From NCBI RefSeq assembly GCF_022045235.1, contig NW_027266266.1, forward strand, positions 33,852,001 to 33,916,000: 64,000 bases of DNA, in the 5' to 3' direction. Made by a program: the position numbers and the translations under genes. The DNA comes from Haliotis cracherodii. Its lineage: Eukaryota. A model generated the notes under the pieces. It made no database searches and was not told where the DNA came from. It saw only the letters and a list, made by a program, of their open reading frames with translations. Positions 1-12,550 of this stretch are shown here, piece by piece (positions within the stretch are counted from its first letter, which is position 1; every line of letters starts with the position of its first letter).

Positions 1-1030
1 TTCGCTGGCCACTACCTAAGAGATGTCACCTTTGGAAGGCATCCATAACTTTGGCCTTGTGGTGGTTACCCAAAAGGTCACTGTCCCTAGACGCCACTGA
101 CGCTTCCACATGTCGGGAGCCGACCTGTCAACCTCTCCGGTGTGTGACACCCTAGACAAGAAGGTGACATGCTACATGCACTGGCTCGGTATGTCAGTTC
201 TAGACTTTAACTCTGTTTAATTTCTTTTACTGCAATGATACCTGGACGTCACATACCTGACTCTCTCCTTCCCTGCCAACAGGAATGGTCACTCGATGCC
301 GGACATCACTGTTGCTGATTAGTGGAGACGAAGGAGAGTTTTGGAAAAACACATCTGATGGTATGCCCTCCTCCGTACTGTCAGATACAGATGCATTAAG
401 GAGTAATGCAGGATGAATTAAAAAATCTTGTAAAATCTAGATATTTTCTATATTTGTACACTTATCCCACATTACTCAAAGAGGCCCACCTGTTGCAGAG
501 CTGCCCTGCCATGATGTCTTCAGATGATCTGTTTTTACCAGTAATATGCTGATCAGTGATGTCACCTCTTCCGTGGTCACATGGTAGATGTGTGATAGGG
601 TTAGCCACTCAACCAGTTGGAACAACTTCTTCTTCAGCAAGACCTCTCACTGCCCTTTCTATGCCAAAAACAAGCAGTGAATGTATTAAGGAGTAATGCA
701 GGATAAGTAAAAAAATCAGGATATTTACCATCCACAAACACACAAGTGTGATAAACTCTTTATCAAATAATGTCATTCTTCAATTCTGTGCCCGAAAAAT
801 CTCTTCCCATCTCTCACAAACATTACGTAAACATTGCAAGTTTTCCTGGTATGTGCGCATTAATATATATTACGTCAGAAGGTAACAGACTTAGCCCTAC
901 AACTAGTTGGAACAACTTGTCTTCAGCAAGACCTCTCACAGCGCTTTCTCTGTCAAAAACAAGCAGTAAATGCTTTAAGGAGTAATGCAGGATAAGTATA
1001 CAAATATAAAAAATATTTAGATTTTAGTAG
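1..1030 (+). mobile_element. DIRS1-like retrotransposon copy 1, 3' end (YR tail, ICR ~388-475, ITR ~476-715, second partial ITR plus right extension ~890-1030)
   Basis: Colinear with ~18900-19590; the ICR halves are complementary to the two element termini. Confidence 0.8.
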
Positions 1031-1054
1031 AACTGTTGTGATATATATGTAAAG

Positions 1055-2010
1055 AGAGGGATATAAACTGATGTGATCTACAGATGGGACATATTCAGAA
1101 AAGGTTCTTCTGTTGTGGTATAGATGTAAACAGATTGGGTGTAACAGATGGGGTATATAGAGATGTGATATCAACATATGGGGAAAAAGAGATGGGATAT
1201 GAACAGATGGGGTATATATAGAGATGTGTTATATAGAGATGTGTTATAAACATCTGGGGTATAAGGAGATGGGATTTAAACTAGGGGTGTCACGATAAAT
1301 CGAAATATCGATATTGGTAAGAACTTGAAGTAATTAAATCGATTGTTAATTCAGTTTACGATCAATAGTATCGATTTCAGTAAAGAATATTGATAGCTTC
1401 GATTGCATTTACCATATCAATAAGATACATGCAATGCTGTTCAAATTTGTTTTTCTTTTCATCATGAGTGGCAGTAATTTCCACATAGTAATGTGGAAGT
1501 TTCTTTTTCTTAAATAATTTACTAACAGGGTAAAGAAAAAACAAATCAGTCATATCTAAAACTTTACTTTTAATTTGTTGTTATGGTTATCACATTCAAA
1601 GGAAACTTCAGTTCCAAGGTTTAAATCAACTCTAAATCCATCTGAAAACTATCGATATTTATCGCAATAGTTGGTTGCAATATCAATAGTTATCTCAATA
1701 GTTTCTTTCAATAGCAATAGTTATCGCAATAATGATTTCCAGACCAATAGTCACCCCGAATTTAAACAGATGGGATATAAACAGATGGGATATAAACAGA
1801 TGAGATTTAAACAGATGGGATATAAACTGATGGGATTTAAACAGATGGGATATAAAGAGATGGGATATAAACAGTTAGGATATAAACAGATGGACTTTAC
1901 ACAGATCGGACTTAAACAGATGGGATTTAATCAGATGGGTTCTGAACTGATGGGATAAAAACTGATGGGAATAAACATTGGATATAAACAGATAGGGTAT
2001 AAACTGTTGT
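1055..2010. repeat. 15-bp minisatellite (AAACAGATGGGATAT)n interrupted by a hAT MITE
   Basis: Visible tandem units on both sides of 1282-1759; the repeat generates the KQMGY pseudo-ORF. Confidence 0.9.
1282..1759. mobile_element. Non-autonomous hAT-like MITE
   Basis: TIRs TAGGGGTG...CACCCCGA, subterminal ATCG motifs, 8-bp TSD ATTTAAAC (1274-1281, 1760-1767). Confidence 0.85.
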
Positions 2011-2564
2011 GATGCTTAGACAGTATGCAAAGTAGTGTGATATAAATGAACCTCATCCATGAATTATTATATCCTATCTGTTTATATGATGACAGCATAT
2101 ATCCCATCTGCTTCATGGCAATTTATATCGAAGCTATATACCATCAAGATGAGGGTTTACAACCTAGTATCTGAATATACAGATGGTTAATCCCCCATGT
2201 TCTACCTGGCCATCCTCTGGAACTTTCATATTTAATGAAACTCTACTTTTGTCACTGGATTGGAATAGTAGGAATCCTATATCAGGAAGTGGTTTTCTGT
2301 TAGCCATCTCTCTCATGTTCCCCTGTCCATCATTTTACAGTTTTTGTATCTCTATGAGACTTAAAGGAAGATGAAGTTGGAACTGTACTTGGCCCCACAC
2401 AAGTCAGGTCTGATATTCAACAAATCAGCAGTGGTGGTAATATTGCAAGAAGTCACTTTTGTACTTTCAAAAATGTTGAGATATGTGGCAATTTGGCATG
2501 CAAAAACTTGTGACCTTTGTCGGCAGTACTGCAAACAGATGGGACCATAGAGTCTTACATCTCT

Positions 2565-2850
2565 TGGGGGCACAGATGGCCCAATCATCTAAGGCGCCAC
2601 AATTCGCTGTGCAGAGTTGCATCCTTTGGGCATGCCAAAAATCTATGATTGTGGGTTCGAATCCTGGTTCGCCCTGATTATGTTTCAAGGTTTGTCAGCA
2701 CCATACCGGTGCTCGTGGGTTTCACCGAGTGGTAAACGTCTGAGACCTGCTTCACTTGGGGCTTTCCTCCCACATTAAGCTGACACACCGCGATATAACT
2801 GGAAAACTGTTAAAAGCGGCGTTAAACCCAACTCACTCTCTCACTCACTC
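2565..2850 (+). mobile_element. tRNA-derived SINE
   Basis: A-box-like start, B box GGTTCGAATCC, (TCAC)n tail; 3' part repeated in reverse at 51408-51565. Confidence 0.75.
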
Positions 2851-2937
2851 TTCTATCTGTTTTCAGTGTCATAACCACAACTGGTCCTAATATGATTGAT
2901 CATGACTAGTTACGTTTTGTTTGCTTTTTCATTCCAG

Positions 2938-3542
2938 GCGTTTAATGTTAGCGAAAATCAACTGGGTTTTTGTCTTCAAGGACACACTGTACAGAGAAAA
3001 TGTACCCAAGTTGATAGACTGCATCCACAACATTCTTCTCCATCATGAGAGAGAGGCTGCAACCACCCAGGACTTAGTGACTACACATGGGATGAAGATC
3101 AACATCAACTTTACCCATGGCTTGGACTTTGCCACGGAGTATCTGGGGGAGGAGGATGTGACAACTAACCCTTCCAATCAACAAGCATCACTGGCCAGAT
3201 CTGGTCTCAGTTATGATTTCTGGGACAGGCATTTTGAAGGAAGAACAGAGGTACCATGGAAAGACTTTAAAGATGCATTTGTGCTTGACTATGGTGACAA
3301 GATAGTTGAGCAGTATTCTGAAGATAAGAAGAAACTGTTTGTTAATCTGATGTATAAGGATATCTTCGATCTGAAGAAAACAGTCAGCAAGTTTGTGTAT
3401 AACCAGGCATGCAGCAACAACATGAATGCTGACCCACACTGTTTCTACAACAGGATTGAGGAGTACGCTATTGCCTATCTCTCACTGAGGGAAGTGATTG
3501 GCATGGACAGCACACTCCGCATCACTACCATACAGAGTTTGG
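2938..3542 (+). CDS. Host gene, internal coding exon A (Cbl-type EF-hand-like segment, then start of the first HEAT-like repeat); gene starts upstream of the window
   Basis: Polypyrimidine tract plus ttccag acceptor ending 2937; open frame RLMLAKINWVF...TTIQSLG; donor G|gtgagc at 3543 (phase 1) is compatible with the next exon. Confidence 0.88.
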
Positions 3543-4425
3543 GTGAGCAATAGCAATCAGGACGTTTAATTCCTTTATGAAACCTGTAGTCTCAGTGTGT
3601 GATATCTATCTCTATCATATTATGGGTACCTCTCGGCAGGATAAAGCCTGCAGATAAACACTATATCCGATGGGGTCATATGCTGATAGAGATGTAAATA
3701 TCAAGGTCAAGTACCCAGCAGGCATAAGAACATTGAAACAGCGTTGAAACAACGTTACTCTTCAACGTTGAAACAACATTGCAAATTGGTTTCATATGAA
3801 AATTGAACTGACGATGACAATTCAAAGTTGGGTTTCAACATCATTTTTCAATGTTGCTTCAACATTTTTTTAATGTTGCTTCAACATTATTTCAACGTTA
3901 TCTCAACATAATTTCTACGTTGCTTCATTGTGTATGTTTCAATGTGTATGTTTCAAGTTGTATGTTTCAACGTGCATGTATCAGGGGACCAGTTGTAAAC
4001 CTAGAAACCGTCTTTCAGTACAGCATCAGCTCATGAAGTGGTGGCTTCCCTGTGGCAGGACACTTTCAGAAATTGCCTGTGTTCAAGATTTGAGAAATAT
4101 TCTAGATGATCATTATACACACCAAACAACTAACCATTTTCTTTCAGTTAAACAATAATTAAGCTAAGCTATAGGTTAATTAGGGTGGTAACCAATTTGC
4201 CTAACATATATTACCATACACAAGTGGAGAAGGCAGTCTTGTCCTTCTTCCCCTTCATATTGATCTTCAACATAAGTGACTTTGTCATCATCCTGAAAAA
4301 TAACCAGTAAAATATCTGAGGATGCAAATTCAAAGTATAGATCGATGTTTTTGATGTATATATAATCATTGACCAACTTTTTTATTATTTGCATGTGGAT
4401 TAACACCACTTCCTTATTATTATAA

Positions 4426-4595
4426 GGGGCAGTGTGGTAACCTAGTGATTTGAGCTTTCACTTGTCACACCGAAGACCCGGGTTGATTCCCCACATGGGT
4501 ATAATGTGTGAAGCCCATTTCCAGTGTCCCCCACCATGATATTGCTAGAGTATTGCTGAAAGTGGCATTAAACCATACTCTCTCACTCACCCACT
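4426..4595 (+). mobile_element. Short tRNA-derived SINE
   Basis: tRNA-like head with A and B boxes (GGGTTGATTCCCC), (TCAC)n tail. Confidence 0.75.
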
Positions 4596-4636
4596 CCTCA
4601 TTATAAACTTTCCAATTATCTTGCAATGAGGCAGTA

Positions 4637-5450
4637 AATAGAGGATATTTCATATGTCAAGTGAAATATGAAATGAATAACCAACAGCAAAAGATTAACT
4701 CCATAAATGACCATCTGTCATTATTTGCCTTGTCAATGTGAAAGTAACGTAAAACAGTTTGTGTATGGGCTTGACACTACGATAAAGGGAGACAATTTCA
4801 GAGGAGGTAACCCTTGTATGACAATAGTTCAATCAAAAGTGTAATAACGAAATATAAATAACGTTGAAAATAAAAGTGCTTTCAGAAACTAGTGCTTGCT
4901 ATAAAATGTGCTGCCGAAGGCTATATTTAGTGGCATAGCCACGAGTGAAAATATCTCCTTTTCCCCTCGTCACGAGATGAGAGAAACATGATATTTCATG
5001 AGACATATGGAATATCTTTCTGTCTACCAGAAAATTAAATTATTTCATTACAAATGTAAAACCTTGAAACGTAAATTCTCTTTACCTGACACACAGGGAT
5101 GGCTCACCAACCCTCATACATTTGCAACTTAAAAGTGGTTCTGTGTTTGCAAAATCTTAAACAATATAAACAAAAGTATTAAAAGATATTTAGGGTCACA
5201 AAAATTCTTTATCATACATTTAGATACGATTATGTACAAAATCAACTTTAACAAAAAATTATTCCTGAAAACTAGGAGACTGCTGTCAGAAGTGAAAGAA
5301 TACGCGCTGGTCAAGGAACAACAATGGAGCTTTGTGAAACAAACCATCTCGATTGACGAGTTAAAGGAGATATTTACAGTTTGTAATGAAACATTTTCGA
5401 GAGAATAACAAACGGCAAGAACACTCCATAAATGACCATCTGTCATTATT
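4637..5450. mobile_element. Non-coding hairpin-ended repeat Y, copy 1
   Basis: Inverted arms ATAGAGGATATTTCATATGTC (4637) and GACATATGGAATATCTTTCT (~5003-5020); internal blocks shared with 43656-44220. Confidence 0.75.
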
Positions 5451-6286
5451 ATCTCCCCGGCATATAATGCAGGGTGATATAGCGATCAGCCAGTCTGTCC
5501 GTCCGTCCGTCCGTCCGTCCGTAATCATTTCCTTTTTTTGGGCAGAACTCGAAAATAATTCAGTGTATTTGATCGAAACTTGGCATATCTATCAGTCACA
5601 TACTGAAGTTGTGCCTTTTGCTATGTAGGAATTTTAGAAATTTTTATTTTTTACGTTTCCATGGTAACAAGTTGTACTTAGGTTCTATAAGGGTGGTGTT
5701 CGTTTCCGGAGCGTAACTCAAAAACCGTTAAATACTTTCTTACAAAACTTTGCATGTCTACCAGGCACATACTGAACTGGTGCCTTTTGCTATTTAGGAA
5801 AAAAAAAATTATTTATTTTTTTACGTTTCCATGGCAACCAGTTGGACTTAGGTTCTATAGGATAGAGTTGGTTTCCGGAGCATAACTCAAAACCCATTCA
5901 AAACTTTCTTACAAAAGTTTGCATGTCTATGAGGCACATACTGAACTGAGGCCTTTTGCTATTTAGGAATTTTAGAATTTTTTATTTTTTACGTTTACAT
6001 GGCAACAAGATGGATTTAAGTTTTCATATATGGTGGGTTCACTTATGGAGTATAACAAATAAACTGTTAAATATTTCCTTGCCAAACATTGCATGTCCAT
6101 ATATAAATTACATACAGAACAGGTGCCATTTGATATTAAGGAGTTTTAGAAATGTTTATTTTATAATTTCCATTACAGCTATTTTGACATGGGCTAAGAG
6201 AAATGTTGGGTCAGTTACCTGGTTTGGGACCATAATGTGTTAAATGGGTTGGGGATATAGATGACTTCGTCGACTATACGCTTGTT
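5447..6286. mobile_element. Helentron-associated non-autonomous element (HINE/DINE-like)
   Basis: Subterminal inverted repeat ATCTCCCC/GGGGATAT, (GTCC)n microsatellite, ~180-bp internal tandem units, ends CTTGTT in a T-rich site. Confidence 0.7.
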
Positions 6287-6814
6287 TCTTGTTATTTGTC
6301 ATTTGTTTGCATAAAAACACCCACAGAAACAAACGTTTTACTTTCCATTTCATATGGATGTGACCATGGTGGATCTTTTGTTGGTAAACAATGTATGCTT
6401 CTTAAAGAACATTCATCTGTTGACTCATTACATACAGAATTGCACATTTACTTGTGTTAGATTCACTGCAATGAAAATATCACTTTTCTCAACTTCAGAA
6501 AACTCTTTCACACTGAAGTATACATAAAAAGTAAATACCTTCACACATTGTCAGGACTACCGACTCAACCACTTCTAGTACCAGACTTCTATTGCTCCAT
6601 AGGCTTGAGTTCTACGTACTGAGCTACTGTAACCCTTCACTAATTCACTTTATTTTACCTCAGCATTGCCTTTTTTACATGGTAATTGGCATTCGCCCAG
6701 CCAACCCTTCGGTACTTTTTCTGTACAAAGAACATTTGAACTTCATATGTGGTATGAAAATCAAAACAGTCATGCATATATGCAAAGTCATGATAAGTAT
6801 ATTAATTCAACCAC

Positions 6815-6983
6815 ACCCATGAAGATCCGGGTTAGAATAGGTCCTCAGCAACCCATAATTGTCGTAAGAGGCAACTAACCGGATTGGGTGGTCAGGATCA
6901 CTGACTTGGTTGATGCATGTCATCATATAAATTGCGTAGGTCGATGCTCATGATGTCAATCACTGGATTGTCTGGTCCAGACT
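6815..6983 (+). mobile_element. SINE fragment with Nin-domain-like core
   Basis: TTGTCGTAAGAGGC.ACTAA core; same family as 23516-23768 and 44540-44800. Confidence 0.75.
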
Positions 6984-7367
6984 AGGGCTAAGGACAGAGT
7001 TCGAGTAATCTAATAGCAACTAAATGGGTACCTGACCCTAATGATCGTAAAGCTAGAGTTGATAGATCGTAAAGGGGATCCAAGGGCTAAGGGCAGAGTT
7101 CAAGTAATCTTATAGCAACTAAACACCAACCTGATAAACTGCATTCATATGTAATAAAGTCTTAATAATGAAAGTTAATTTGAAAAAATAGTATACATGT
7201 ATGTATTTCTCATTTATAATCATTTTAGCCACTTGAATTTCGCCGGTGTGACTGGCAACAAAATACTACAAATTACATCATAGGGTATTGTGACATGTTT
7301 GAAAAGTTTGTGATACTGTATGCCTGTTGTTCAGGGAAAGGTGGTATATTTCCTGTAAACAAAAATA

Positions 7368-8886
7368 TACTGAACTGCAAAAGAAACATCACCATGGATA
7401 GTTATAGGAGAAACCTTGTTTGTTCAAACAATGTAAACATACTGTGAGACATAATAAAAAGATGAAACTTGGCAAAACTGATCATCAAGGTTGAAATTAA
7501 AGTGTCAAATATTCTCAAAGTGAAACACAACACTAATCTCTGAGAAAATGGCATCACAAGTCAGTATCTCGTGTGTCCGCCATGTGCATTGATGACTGCC
7601 ATGCAACGTCGATACATGGAATGGATGAGGCGGTTGATGAAGGCCATAGGCACTTGAGCCCACACTCTGGGGAACGCCTGACGCAGTTCAGCTGCAGTTG
7701 TGGGCCTTAATCGGACGTCATTCAGCCGTCTTTGAATCTCGTCCCACAGATCCTAAAGGTGTTCAATGGGATTTAAATCGGGACTGAGTGCAGGCCACTG
7801 CATGGTTCTGATGCCATTCTGCTGGAGGAAGTCTCTTGTAGCTCTCACAGTGTGTGCATGGGTGTTATCATGCTGAAACCCGTGGTTGCGGCGACGTGCC
7901 AAATGAGGTATGGTCATGTGGTCTCAAGACTTGATCAATGTACCGAGCTGCTGTGACACTATTGCCTCTTCCTGGACCAATGTTCTGGAACATCACAGGG
8001 CCGACCCTCCATCCCACACCATGATGCTCGGACCACCCCATGAGTCTCTCTCAACAACACAAGCATCAGAATAATGTTCCCCACAGTGTTGCCATACTCT
8101 TTCTCTGCCATCTGCTGATGAGATACAGTAACGGCTCTCGTCTGAGAAGAGGACTCTTCCCCACTGCTGGTGGCGCCAATATTAGTGCTGTGTTGCCCGG
8201 CGATGACGTGGTGTCATAATGGGTCCTCGGTGTGGCCTGTGACAGTGGAGGTGTCTGCTCGTCAATCGTCGACACACGGTGTCCGCAATAATGTGTCGCT
8301 GGTGTGTCCCCATGGTCTGTCGAGCAGTTTCCGCAGCAGTAACAACGCGATCTTGAAGATGCTGTCGCACAATCTGACGATCCTGACGTCGGATGGTGTC
8401 CCTTGGTCTTCCACTACGTGGTCGGTCATCTGTAGTGTTGGTGGTCTGGTACCGTTGCTGGAGCATGTAAATGGTTCTTACAAGGACTTGAAATGCATTG
8501 GCTACTTCCCGGTCGGTTTGTCCAGCTTGAAATCGTGCAAGGATTTGCTGTCTCTGATTTCTTGTTAATCTTGGCATGTGGTAGCAATTCAATAACGAAA
8601 GAATGTTATCCGATCTGGTTGGATTCTAACTGGGCAAGAGATGGGGGAACTCATGTGCATTTCAATTTACACGGAACTCCCGTGCATTGGGTTACCATGG
8701 CCATTGCCGTGATGCATTTTGGCGATCGGTTTTATTGTTATCTGCTTTGTTTTTTATCATCAAATTTCATTTTTTCAGACAAGGTAATGCTAAATTTTAG
8801 AAACTTTGACAAAAATTACCCAGATACTTAAATGACAACTTTTCATGCAATGTTACTTGGGGTGACGTTTCTTTTGTGGTTCAGTC
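7368..8886 (-). mobile_element. Tc1-like transposon with disrupted transposase (~7560-8577)
   Basis: TIRs TACTGAACTGCAAAAGAAAC / GTTTCTTTTGTGGTTCAGTC flanked by TA; RPRSGRPR, QHDNT and WPALSPDLNPIEH motifs. Confidence 0.92.
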
Positions 8887-9679
8887 TATATTTCTTTTTC
8901 AGATCATGATGTCAGTGGTGGAAATACATAATCTTTTAAATTTGCAAAATGTAAATGTCTTAAACCCACAAAGTACAAGTATTAAATACCATACATGACA
9001 TTCTAGGTTGAAATATGTATGCATAATAGGGGTATTTTGCAAACACATGTTCAAATATGAGCTTTATCCTATAAATGCTTATGTAATGTTGCTTGACAAT
9101 GTATCTTTGAGCAAATCCATACTGCCAACTAAATCTTGTCTGTAAATATTCAATATATTTTCACAATTTGAGTAAAGATACAAAACTGCTTCAAAAAAAT
9201 ATGTGTTTCTTAGTCCTACCTGAACTACAATGAGGTATTGCATGCTTAGCTGATGCTCCAGCGTAGAGACCCAAGTCTTCACCTTGATCTATTTAGAATA
9301 AACAAAAAGGATTCCACTAAGGTTACATTGTAATCCCTAAATAAACCAAATATGTGAATCAAGATCTGCATAATATGGCACCAACATTACAAATTTAGTG
9401 AGTTATTGATTGCAATATTTGTACTATAAGCAGATGAAAGATGAAAAGTTCTGTTTGTGTACAGAAGCAACATTGTTATTAAAACTGCAACTGTTAAGTA
9501 ATTTCCAATGATATTAAAGAAGTATGAAATACATATTATTTCTACTATGTCAACTTGAGAAAGTGAAGATCAATAAAAAAACCAACTCTAATAAAATGCT
9601 AAAATATATACACTAACATATTGAGTGTAAAGATGCAAATAAAAATATTAGTCCCTTCATTGTGATCTGTATATGCATT

Positions 9680-10205
9680 CCTGATACAAAATCCAACATC
9701 ACTTTTTTCTTGGCCAATCTTTTTTCAGGTGTTTGACACAACTGCTCATCATCTGAAGAGTTCTCCACTGTAGTTGTGAAATCAAAGTCCTAGCATTCCC
9801 TCTTTGAGTCTATGTAAAACGCACACATCCAATACTTGAAAAACAATAGTAACAATAACATATAACGGCTGCAAGGTATGATCTGAGATACACTCATTCA
9901 TGACCATGCAAGATTTAGTTTGTGATTACTATATACATGTTGATTTACTTCAGCCAGTGCATAGTGATATGTATCATACCCTACCCTTCCTGTATCGCTG
10001 CATCCCTGATGGTTTACCAATAATTAAATGGATATATGCTTACCAGATCTACATTTTACCTTCACTAGGTTAAATGTAAGCCATTTCCTTGTCGGACATC
10101 GCATCTCCTTCATGTATCCACACAGACGGTATGGCCTCCTCCATCTCCTCGTCTGCGTCCATCCATACCACTCTTGCCCATGTCTTCATCTTCATGATTT
10201 ATCTA
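9680..10205 (-). pseudogene. Remnant exons of the second (accessory) gene of the CMC element
   Basis: Minus strand: ag acceptor, MKMKTWARVVWMDADEEMEEAIPSVWI then (shifted frame) KWLTFNLVKVKCRS, g|gtaagc donor; a further acidic exon-like segment at ~9790-9680. Confidence 0.45.
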
Positions 10206-10699
10206 GTACCTACAAACAAATATTTACCTTAGTCCTATGTTGTTACACACAGTGTACATGTTCTACTATAAGAGAATAGTATGGGTCAAGTATATGTATC
10301 TAGGATCATAAAGCTATACCTCATCCACAAAATATTTAGTTTCTCTGAGATATCTTGACATCTCTAAAATATGTGGTACAGCTACTATAAGGATTCAATG
10401 TGCAAATACTTGAGTATTTAAACAATAAGAATAAATATATAGTAACAAATCGTCAAATCTAAACTGTCAAAATCTTGTAAGAGCTCAATGTGACTTATAA
10501 ATGTATTCAGTTTTGCTTCATCGTCTGTTTACTGCAACATATTTACTCATGATACTATGAAACCTTTCATTTTGTCTTTGCAATTACTTGCATGATACAA
10601 ACATACATAGACATAATTGTGCCGCTGCAATTAATGTGATTAATTAAGTTTTTAACTGTTAGTATATAAAACAAAGAAATACCGTTTATGATGTCTCAA

Positions 10700-12550
10700 C
10701 TCCATGCTAAAGTGGTAAGGGAAGATGACTTCTATTGTCTAATGGCAGACAACACCACTTTTCTCTCAATGTCCTCTCTTGTGACAAGTCTTTCGTGGCC
10801 ATATCTTCCAATGTGCAGGTAATTCAAGACACCAATATTCAGAAGTTTGGAATCACAGGGTCTCCAAAAATAGCTTTCTATTCTGTGGTTGCTCAATATT
10901 TTGCAAACAGAGAAACCATTTTCTCTCTTCTCCTTGACTGGTCATTTAAAAACAAACAACCATCCTTCTTCTTGGTAGTTATGTATTATGACAAGGATCT
11001 CTTGTGGGGTTGGCTTTTGGACTTTTCAAATTTAGTGAGTTTTTGACTTTGAACGACTGTGTTTTTTAGCTTTCTTCACCATCTTATTAAGCTTTTGCAA
11101 ATAATTTTCAAACTGGAATGCACTGAGTTCATTGAGTGATACTCCATAATGCTCAACATCATCTGGCATGTGAATCAATGCATGACCATTGTAAGATTAC
11201 ACAATATATCTCTTTTCCCGACTGAACAAAATTTGACCATCAAATCACTTGCATACTGCAAGTAGGCTTTCCTTGTGTTAGCTTTCAAATCCAAAAGAAC
11301 TGACATTGTGACAGTTAATCTAAGGAAAATATGATACATTCTGTTGGTCAGCATGTTGCGTAAAACAACTGGACCAATATAGTGTAAGAATTGCCGCAAC
11401 TCTGTTGTCTTCTATCTGTCCAGCATTTCAAGAGGTCATGGTTATCTTGCAGATTGTCTTGGCATCTTTCCACTTAGTGACATTAGGTTATCTGAGATGA
11501 TATTTATTTGCTGATGGGACAACTTGCACTCTCTCGGGCCTTGTTTCAAGTCTTCTTCACAACACCAAGAAACACAAGATGCATGTAGTCAAAAGAGAAG
11601 GAACTGATGCATGGTATGCCTATGTCAATTCAAAGGAGACCTTCCAACTTGATGATCGTTGTACAACATATGATGTAATCCTTCATCAGTCCTCAGCTTA
11701 AGGATATTTTCTTGAACATCAAAGACTACACGGCGTTCCCATGTTCTTCTTACAACACACCACTCACAACTATAGTATGCATTATGTCCCTTGATACTTT
11801 TCGAAAAGACCCAACCTTCAGCATCACATATGAAAGAACTTACTTTCACTGAAAAATGACATCTATCCACATCAATGCCATTGGCACATATCTCTTGAAG
11901 TTCAACTAAAAAGGCAGACAAATATTCAACCACAGGATTTGGTTTTGCTTTTCCACAAGCTGCAACAATAAATGGATCGAAGTTGTTCACACCGCATAAA
12001 TTGGCCACCACTGCATATTTGATGACTTGAACAGAGGAATTCCATCAATGTTGAAGTTGAGTAAGACCAATATATTGGTTCCTTCAAAGAACTGTGGATG
12101 TTGCACTATGACCTTAGAATACCTGAATCCATCCCTAAATAGAGGTAGTCACCTCTACATTTTTCTGTGATTACAATATTCCTAGGTGTTTCAAAAGAGT
12201 GTGTGTGTCTTTAGGGAGACGGAGACCTTGCTTCCTGTGGATATCCAGACGTTCATTTAGTGATGAACGTGTGCATTTATTGTAATCAGCCCAACCAGCG
12301 AGCAGTCCCACCAAGTTATTTTCTACTTCATCCCTCAATTCATTGTGAGACTCAACAGATGTGCCAGTATCACTTCCAGGCACAAATGTTGCATGTTTTC
12401 TTCCTCAGAACTTGCACTGTCAGTATTCTCTGAGTCATTCAGAATGGGATCAGCAACCTCCTGATGTTTGTCTTCTTCCTCACTGCTACTACTAGGTAAG
12501 GCAAGGGCATCCACCTCTACATGGTACATTCTTCAACGCCTCAGAAATGT
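10700..12550 (-). pseudogene. CMC (EnSpm/Mirage-like) transposase pseudogene
   Basis: Motifs LPKDTHTLL, FNIDGIPLFKSS, FICDA...IKGHNAYYSCEWC, DYMHLVFLGVVKK, RQFLHYIGPVVL across frameshifts and stops. Confidence 0.8.

Noticed and set aside
1671-1958. KQMGY-repeat ORF
   Set aside because: 15-bp minisatellite plus MITE end.
3714-3990. Stand-alone short EnSpm MITE
   Set aside because: The flanking repeat X resumes only at 15228, after the matching GCTGGG terminus, so this is one end of an 11.5-kb element.
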